In this document: one piece after another, positions 55,377 to 60,538 of the stretch
How positions within the stretch are numbered: position 1 is the first letter of the stretch
Layout of the letters: every line of letters begins with the position of its first letter
DNA from: a virus
Taxonomy: Duplodnaviria; Caudoviricetes
Direction: 5' to 3' (one strand)
Virus record (IMG/VR): IMGVR_UViG_3300034374_004534
Location: 1 to 60,538 of that record
Length of the DNA stretch: 60,538 nucleotides
Made by a program: the position numbers and the translations under genes
The notes under the pieces: model-generated
What the model saw: only the letters and a program-made list of their open reading frames with translations
What the model was told of the DNA's origin: nothing
Database searches by the model: none

Positions 55377-56138
55377 ATGAGAGAACAACTAAAAGCAGCC
55401 GTAGGCAAGCCACACCTGTCTTACTCGTCCCTGAAGTACGCACTCGGAGACATGAAGCTTTGGGAGATGTACATGCGGGGTCAGCTCAAGAAAGAGTCTG
55501 AAGCCCTGTTCTTCGGCAGCGTCTACGACATGTTGTTATTCGAACCAGAAAAAGCATATGAACAGTTCTACACCCTCGATGATACTAGCATTTGTGACAC
55601 TATTGGCGGCCGTAGTCCTCGGAGTACGAAGCGGTACAAAGAGTGGAAGGCAGAGGAAGCTGAGAAGGCAGGAGGTAAAGACTTGGTATCTCAAGAGGAA
55701 TGGAAAAAGGCGCATGAGATGATCCAACGCCTGAAGGATTGCGGTCTGTACGACAAGCGTTTTGCAGGTGGCAAGTATCAGGTAGAGTTCAACGTGGATC
55801 TCGATGGTGTTCCACTCAAGGGGTTCCTCGACTGCCTTCAAGAAGGTGACTTCATCGTGGACTCCAAGTCATCTCGTTCAGTAAGCAAGTTCCGCTACGA
55901 CGTGCGTGGCTTCAGCTACGACATTCAAGCGTACATCTACACCAAGGTCTTTGGCATCAAGGATTTCTGGTGGGTCGTGCAAGAGAAGAACTATCCGTTC
56001 TATCCTGCCGACGTCAAGTGTTCAGAAGAAACCCTCTTCAATGGAGAGATGAAGTTTCATCAAGCGGTCGAGAACATCAACAACTGGCTCAATGGAAACA
56101 AAGAAACAGTGGCCCACTACGCCGAGTTCGTTGTCTGA
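55377..56138 (+). CDS. PD-(D/E)xK exonuclease (RecE/DUF3799-like)
   Basis: LSYSSLK, KG.LD, IVD.K, Y..QA.IY. Confidence 0.78.
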   Translation: MREQLKAAVGKPHLSYSSLKYALGDMKLWEMYMRGQLKKESEALFFGSVYDMLLFEPEKAYEQFYTLDDTSICDTIGGRSPRSTKRYKEWKAEEAEKAGGKDLVSQEEWKKAHEMIQRLKDCGLYDKRFAGGKYQVEFNVDLDGVPLKGFLDCLQEGDFIVDSKSSRSVSKFRYDVRGFSYDIQAYIYTKVFGIKDFWWVVQEKNYPFYPADVKCSEETLFNGEMKFHQAVENINNWLNGNKETVAHYAEFVV

Positions 56139-56208
56139 CCGAGACAAGATCATAGCCACGGTCTTGTATCTACTATGGCTCTTTTTTTAACCCTATAATT
56201 TTTTAAGT

Positions 56209-56517
56209 ATGAGCGACAAGCAATACGACAGCGTACTCGTTGGGTACGCAGAGGAACCACGCTTCAACGAAGACGGTTCATTGAGAGACTGGTCAGTCCG
56301 TTTCAAGGACGCAGAACTCAAGGAGATGGTGGAGAAGTACGCCACCACACGCAACGAACAAGGCCAAGGGGGTAACCTCTACGTGACCATGTTCATGTCT
56401 AAGGGCGGTAAGGCATGCTGCCGAGTGTTCGACCCTAACAGCGCTGCTGCCAAGGAACGTCGTGCACAGAAGGAGGCCAAGGCCCCTGCCCAAGAATCAG
56501 ATGCCCTGCCATTCTGA
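56209..56517 (+). CDS. Putative single-stranded DNA-binding protein
   Basis: Small beta-rich protein with acidic DALPF tail. Confidence 0.55.
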   Translation: MSDKQYDSVLVGYAEEPRFNEDGSLRDWSVRFKDAELKEMVEKYATTRNEQGQGGNLYVTMFMSKGGKACCRVFDPNSAAAKERRAQKEAKAPAQESDALPF

Positions 56518-56794
56518 TAAGGCACCCATCTATCACATGACCGCTCGTGTCGCCTTCAAGAAACGGAAGGTTGTACACGAGCGTGTTGTGTGGGTGGTAT
56601 CCGTCTTTGAATCACCTCATGACATCCGCAAGTACGACTACAAGACGATGTCCCGACTGGAACAGGAGCTCTACGGGAAGAACGCCAAGTCGGAGAAGCA
56701 CATCATGATCAGGGAGATTCTCACGAAGAAGTTTATCTCAAACTCAACACTTACTCTAGATGAACACAAGCAGCAAAATCAAGCAAAAGTGTAA
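56501..56794 (+). CDS. Hypothetical protein
   Basis: ORF in operon; start uncertain. Confidence 0.5.
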   Translation: MPCHSDKAPIYHMTARVAFKKRKVVHERVVWVVSVFESPHDIRKYDYKTMSRLEQELYGKNAKSEKHIMIREILTKKFISNSTLTLDEHKQQNQAKV

Positions 56795-57125
56795 GGAACT
56801 TGAGGACCTACTCCTCATGAAGAACTCAAAGTATGGAAACTCAGCGCTCGAACCGCTGAACGTTTTCTCAGAGGCGGGGGCGGTCGCAGGCATCAAGATG
56901 CGCATCGACGACAAGCTCAAGCGAATCAAGAATGCAGGTCTCGTTGACGCGACGGAGGATACGTTGCAAGACCTCGCTGGTTATCTCATCCTCCTCATGA
57001 TTGCGAAGGACAATGAAAGTAACGATTTTCAAAAACGTATTCGACAAAACCAACCCCCACGTGATCCATCTAAGCAAGGCGCTGGAGAGGATCAAGAGTG
57101 GGCGGTCGAGTACACTAGTATCTGA
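56760..57125 (+). CDS. DUF1599 (nucleotide-modification-associated, MazG-like) protein
   Basis: KN..YG.S, RI.DKL.R, EDTL.DL.GY. Confidence 0.7.
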   Translation: MNTSSKIKQKCKELEDLLLMKNSKYGNSALEPLNVFSEAGAVAGIKMRIDDKLKRIKNAGLVDATEDTLQDLAGYLILLMIAKDNESNDFQKRIRQNQPPRDPSKQGAGEDQEWAVEYTSI

Positions 57126-58809
57126 GGTACGCGGCGGTAATAAAGACAAGAAGAAGGAGCTCCCTGTTGTATGTTTCAGCGGGGAGTTTTCGTCTCGTTC
57201 CGACGACGCTCTATTCGAGCACTCGGGTTTCATCGTATTGGACTTTGACCACGTAGATGTAGAAGCAACAAAGCAGTCTCTTGCTCACGACGACTTCATC
57301 CAATCGTGCTGGACCTCACCAAGCGGCGGGGGGGTCAAGGCTCTGGTGCGCATCACCAACCCAGAAAGACACAGGGATCACTTCCGATCTCTGGTCAAAT
57401 ACTTCGAACGCACCCACGGTCTAGAGCTGGATGAGTCTGGCATCAACGAGTCACGTGCCTGCTTCGAATCGTACGACCCCGACATCATCATCAAGGATGA
57501 TTACAAAAGATTCGGTCACTTCACCACTGAGTTTGCTGAAGCACAGACACCGACTAACGAGGCGTACGACTTTACTGACTACATGAAGCTAAACTTGGCT
57601 TGCCGTATGATTCGGCAGGCTGAGGATGGAGAGAAACACCGCATGCTTGTGCGAGCCTCCCGTCTGTGTGGTGGATTCATCGCTGCAGGAAGGATGGAGG
57701 AGGAGGAAGTAGTCAGGGTTCTTCACCGAGAAATATGCAAGAGGGATGTAGAGTCTGAGTCTCACGCCCTCAACACGATCCTTGACGGGATCAACTTGGG
57801 TAAGAACATGCCCATCAGGGAACTCGTTGACGAAGAGAAGTCAGCCAAGCGCGAGCTTCTCATCAACGACGGGGACATGTCCTTCATCTCCTCAGACGAC
57901 TCCGACTTCCGATGGATTGACGACTACTCACAGGGTAAGATTCAGTTGGGGCTCGGCACAGGTGATCCTAAGTTCGATGAGTTCTTCCGCTACAAGAAGG
58001 AGTTCCTCATTATCAACGGACACTCCAACGTAGGTAAGACCACTACAGCCCTGTACCTTATCGCAAACTCTGCCGTCCAGCATGGTTGGAAGTGGGTGAT
58101 TTACTCCTCGGAGAACAGGACCGCATCCGTAAAGATGTCTCTGATGCAGTTCGCCATGGACAAGAAGGTGGCAGACATGACCTACTCCGAGAGGAAGGAG
58201 GCATACAGCTGGGTGCAGGAACACTTCACCGTGATCAACAACGAGCAGGTGTACAGCTACGCAGACATCATCCTGTTCATGGAGAAGGTGATGCGGCAGC
58301 AGGATATCGACGCAATCTTCATTGATCCGTACAACAGCCTCAAGCTGGACATGAAGGGAACCAACATCGGCGTCCACGACTACCACTACGAGGCAGCCTC
58401 AGAATTCCTGACGTTCAGCAAGGCCAACGACATTGCCGTGTGGCTCAACTGCCACTCAGGTACAGAGGCTCAGCGCCGCAAGGGACCCGACGGTTTGCCC
58501 GTTGCTCCATATGCGGAGGACACAGAGGGCGGTGGAAAGTTCGTAAACAGAGCAGATTGCTTCGTTACTATTCACCGAAAGGTTCAATCAGCCGACCCTA
58601 ACATACGGAAAATGAGTGAGATACACGTCAGAAAGGTTCGTGAGGTAGAAACAGGCGGTGCGCCCACTCCATTGGAGGATCCGTACTGCTTAATCATGAA
58701 TCTTTCCCACACTGGTTTCACAACGAGAATCGGTCAAAGGGCTCTCTTCCAACCGATTAACTTTTTGGAGCAGGCCCAAATGCCCATGAACATCAACTTC
58801 CTAGGTTGA
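57013..58809 (+). CDS. Primase-helicase fusion (BT4734/VirE-N-like primase plus DnaB-like helicase)
   Basis: K..LP...FSG.F, SG...LDFD, SPSG.G.K, R.CF.SYDP; GHSNVGKT Walker A; IFIDPYN Walker B. Confidence 0.8.
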   Translation: MKVTIFKNVFDKTNPHVIHLSKALERIKSGRSSTLVSEVRGGNKDKKKELPVVCFSGEFSSRSDDALFEHSGFIVLDFDHVDVEATKQSLAHDDFIQSCWTSPSGGGVKALVRITNPERHRDHFRSLVKYFERTHGLELDESGINESRACFESYDPDIIIKDDYKRFGHFTTEFAEAQTPTNEAYDFTDYMKLNLACRMIRQAEDGEKHRMLVRASRLCGGFIAAGRMEEEEVVRVLHREICKRDVESESHALNTILDGINLGKNMPIRELVDEEKSAKRELLINDGDMSFISSDDSDFRWIDDYSQGKIQLGLGTGDPKFDEFFRYKKEFLIINGHSNVGKTTTALYLIANSAVQHGWKWVIYSSENRTASVKMSLMQFAMDKKVADMTYSERKEAYSWVQEHFTVINNEQVYSYADIILFMEKVMRQQDIDAIFIDPYNSLKLDMKGTNIGVHDYHYEAASEFLTFSKANDIAVWLNCHSGTEAQRRKGPDGLPVAPYAEDTEGGGKFVNRADCFVTIHRKVQSADPNIRKMSEIHVRKVREVETGGAPTPLEDPYCLIMNLSHTGFTTRIGQRALFQPINFLEQAQMPMNINFLG

Positions 58810-58836
58810 TTTTCAAAATTTCTCTTGGTAACTTCG
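58806..58836 (+). promoter_or_regulatory. Promoter TTGAT-N18-TAACTTCG
   Basis: One mismatch to -7 consensus; 5 nt before ATG at 58842. Confidence 0.45.
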
Positions 58837-58841
58837 TTCAT

Positions 58842-59300
58842 ATGAAGAAGAGGACGAAGACTCCTAAGAGGCGTACATCCAAAAAAAAACATTTAGGAAG
58901 GTACGCTAGCTCCTTAGAGAAGTATTGTGCTGATCAGCTGAAAGAATACGGGTTAGCTTTCGATTACGAGGAGCATACCTTCGAGCTGATGGAGAAGTTC
59001 CGCTTCCCCAACAAGTACTTTAAGATGACTGCAAAAGGTAAGGAGATGGCAGACCGATCTGGGTCTGTCGTTCTCCCTATCACATACAAGCCCGACTTTG
59101 TTGGAAGGGATCATGACTGGATCATCGAGACCAAGGGGTATCTACCGTCTCACCATGACTTCCCCATGAGGTGGAAGCTTTTTATGAGACACCTAGTGGG
59201 CAATAACGCGAAAACCATTATATTCCTCGCCAAGAATAGTTCTCAGGTGGATCGAGCCATTCAAGAGATACTAGAATCGATCAAGAATGGAGACATCTAG
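58842..59300 (+). CDS. Endonuclease I-like Holliday junction resolvase (T7 gp3-like)
   Basis: S.LE....L.....YE, Y.PDF, IIETKG. Confidence 0.75.
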   Translation: MKKRTKTPKRRTSKKKHLGRYASSLEKYCADQLKEYGLAFDYEEHTFELMEKFRFPNKYFKMTAKGKEMADRSGSVVLPITYKPDFVGRDHDWIIETKGYLPSHHDFPMRWKLFMRHLVGNNAKTIIFLAKNSSQVDRAIQEILESIKNGDI

Positions 59301-59535
59301 ACTCAGCGCCTACTACCTGATTGCTTGCGACAGAGTCCACCAAGTGGTGGATGAATTGTACGAGACCCTTCATAACGAGAAAGGAGAACCGATTCAGATT
59401 TCTGAGGCGGTCATCGATATCGTGGCCAAAAGTCGGAAGGAGATTTATGAAGAATTGGATATGATCAAATCAATCGTCGCAGAATATGAAGCTTTACAAA
59501 GTAGAGGTAACAACGGAGATGATCCGAAAGGCTGA
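59287..59535 (+). CDS. Hypothetical protein
   Basis: ORF overlapping neighbours in operon. Confidence 0.55.
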   Translation: METSRLSAYYLIACDRVHQVVDELYETLHNEKGEPIQISEAVIDIVAKSRKEIYEELDMIKSIVAEYEALQSRGNNGDDPKG

Positions 59536-60004
59536 GGAGAAGTCCAAGCTGCACGGAGACATCAAGAACAGCATACGCCGAGGCGATGGAAACATGGCCG
59601 CTTACATAGGCGAAGAGATGGCACTGAAGTTTCTCAGTGACGTCAAGGAGAAGAACACCTACGATTACGACATGATTCGGTTCCCCAATACACCATGGGA
59701 GCACACGATCGATGTCAAGACCAAAGAGAGAGGGGTGAGTAAAGCAGGCAAGGCCTACGTCCCTAGGGGTCACTACTCCGTCCACGTAACAGAGGCATCA
59801 CTGCACCAGAGGGTAGACACATACGTGTTCGCACAAGTGAACCGAGTCAAAGAAGGATATGAGGGGTGGATCCTAGGCTGGATGGATCGAGACGAATACC
59901 TCAAGAAAGCAGAGGTTGTGAAGGAGGGTCAGCCAGATGAGTATGGTAAGCCAGAAACAGCCGATGCTAGAAAAATGAAGATCTCAGAGATCATTCACTA
60001 TTGA
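59486..60004 (+). CDS. PD-(D/E)xK-fold hypothetical protein
   Basis: GE, YD, IDVKT, Y.F, .GW. Confidence 0.55.
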   Translation: MKLYKVEVTTEMIRKAEEKSKLHGDIKNSIRRGDGNMAAYIGEEMALKFLSDVKEKNTYDYDMIRFPNTPWEHTIDVKTKERGVSKAGKAYVPRGHYSVHVTEASLHQRVDTYVFAQVNRVKEGYEGWILGWMDRDEYLKKAEVVKEGQPDEYGKPETADARKMKISEIIHY

Positions 60005-60015
60005 TCTAGTTTTAT

Positions 60016-60023
60016 TATCTTTA
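60016..60023 (+). promoter_or_regulatory. -7 box variant TATCTTTA
   Basis: 4 nt before GTTACACGGG, the same geometry as 353-360. Confidence 0.55.
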
Positions 60024-60027
60024 TATC

Positions 60028-60094
60028 GTTACACGGGTTAGTTGTCTGTGGAACTTCGCAATCGTCGAGAGGGGACTTCGGTCCCCTTTCTTTT
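60028..60094 (+). ncRNA. Putative small RNA, variant 2
   Basis: GTT-A-CACGGG/TCTGTG-G-AAC hairpin, TTCGC, then GAGAGGGGAC-TTCG-GTCCCCTTTC and T-run. Confidence 0.6.
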
Positions 60095-60390
60095 TATCCT
60101 CGAAGGCGATCGTTCTCCTTCTCAAGGAACTCCAGACGCACCTTGTATTCAGCGAGCTCTGTCATCACAGCTGCGAGCCTATCAGACACTTCGTTCTTCT
60201 CTTTATATGCTTGCTCAAGCTTTTCCTCAAGCACGGCAACACGCTCTCTCAAATCGTCTCTAAATAGCGTTTGCTCGCCCTTATCCTCTTTGCGCTCTTG
60301 GTGTTTGAGCTTGAGTCTGCTCTGGTAAAACTGCCAAGCCCCAGCAGAGCCGAGGACAGTTACGATTGTGATGATTGTTTGAGGATCCAT
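60094..60390 (-). CDS. Diverged copy of 437-733
   Basis: Same 98-aa protein with a handful of substitutions and many synonymous changes. Confidence 0.8.
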   Translation of the reverse strand: MDPQTIITIVTVLGSAGAWQFYQSRLKLKHQERKEDKGEQTLFRDDLRERVAVLEEKLEQAYKEKNEVSDRLAAVMTELAEYKVRLEFLEKENDRLRG

Positions 60391-60538
60391 TATCTCCTGT
60401 AAAACTCTTCGTTAGAAACACGATACAAATTCCAGATGCTCATCCCACAGATCAGGATCCATCCCAAGTGTGAGCCTTGCATCATCCCTGCCGTCGTGTA
60501 GTTGGCGACAGTGGCGATTGAAATAATAGATGCGATTT
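60390..60538 (-). CDS. 3' part of a copy of 733-1116 (truncated by window end)
   Basis: Two substitutions relative to 733-881. Confidence 0.75.
   Translation of the reverse strand, partial: IASIISIATVANYTTAGMMQGSHLGWILICGMSIWNLYRVSNEEFYRR

Larger units (their letters stand above)
60094..60538. repeat. Direct repeat of 437-881 (offset 59657)
   Basis: Diverged over the 98-aa gene; 60446-60538 identical to 789-881. Confidence 0.95.

Noticed and set aside
55377-56138. Cas4 adaptation nuclease
   Set aside because: No Fe-S cysteine cluster pattern; context beside annealing protein and SSB indicates a recombination exonuclease
56760-57125. DNA hypermodification pathway
   Set aside because: Only a DUF1599-like gene; no recognisable transferase, kinase or base-synthesis partners
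1-60538. Stop-codon reassignment as in some crAss-like phages
   Set aside because: Genes tile densely in the standard code and TAA, TGA and TAG all end genes; no suppressor tRNA

Overview
Near-complete genome (about 59.7 kb if circular) of a dsDNA podovirus-like phage with a crAss-like virion module, read in the standard genetic code. The host is probably a Bacteroidota member, judging from TAnnTTTG -7 promoter boxes and A-rich leaders lacking Shine-Dalgarno motifs. A minus-strand arm (45012 to 437) carries lysis, fibre, GroES, terminase, portal, scaffold, major capsid, tail ring/tube/stabilisation and ejection genes plus tRNA-Arg(TCT). A plus-strand arm (45889 to 60004) carries small early genes separated by long hairpins, a cluster of tRNA-like RNAs, a GIY-YIG nuclease and a recombination/primase-helicase module. 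No DNA or RNA polymerase is recognisable. The window end rejoins its own start (a diverged copy, then 93 nt identical), apparently capturing two variants with and without ribonucleotide reductase. Main points of interest: a promoter-driven small RNA conserved between the variants, apparently leaderless late transcripts, non-canonical tRNA-like RNAs, repeated early hairpins, a shared basic-aromatic-x-x-GG terminal motif on unrelated proteins, a stand-alone peptide resembling the NrdA CxxC tail, and a split tail-stabilisation gene. Family names come from motif recognition, not database searches.
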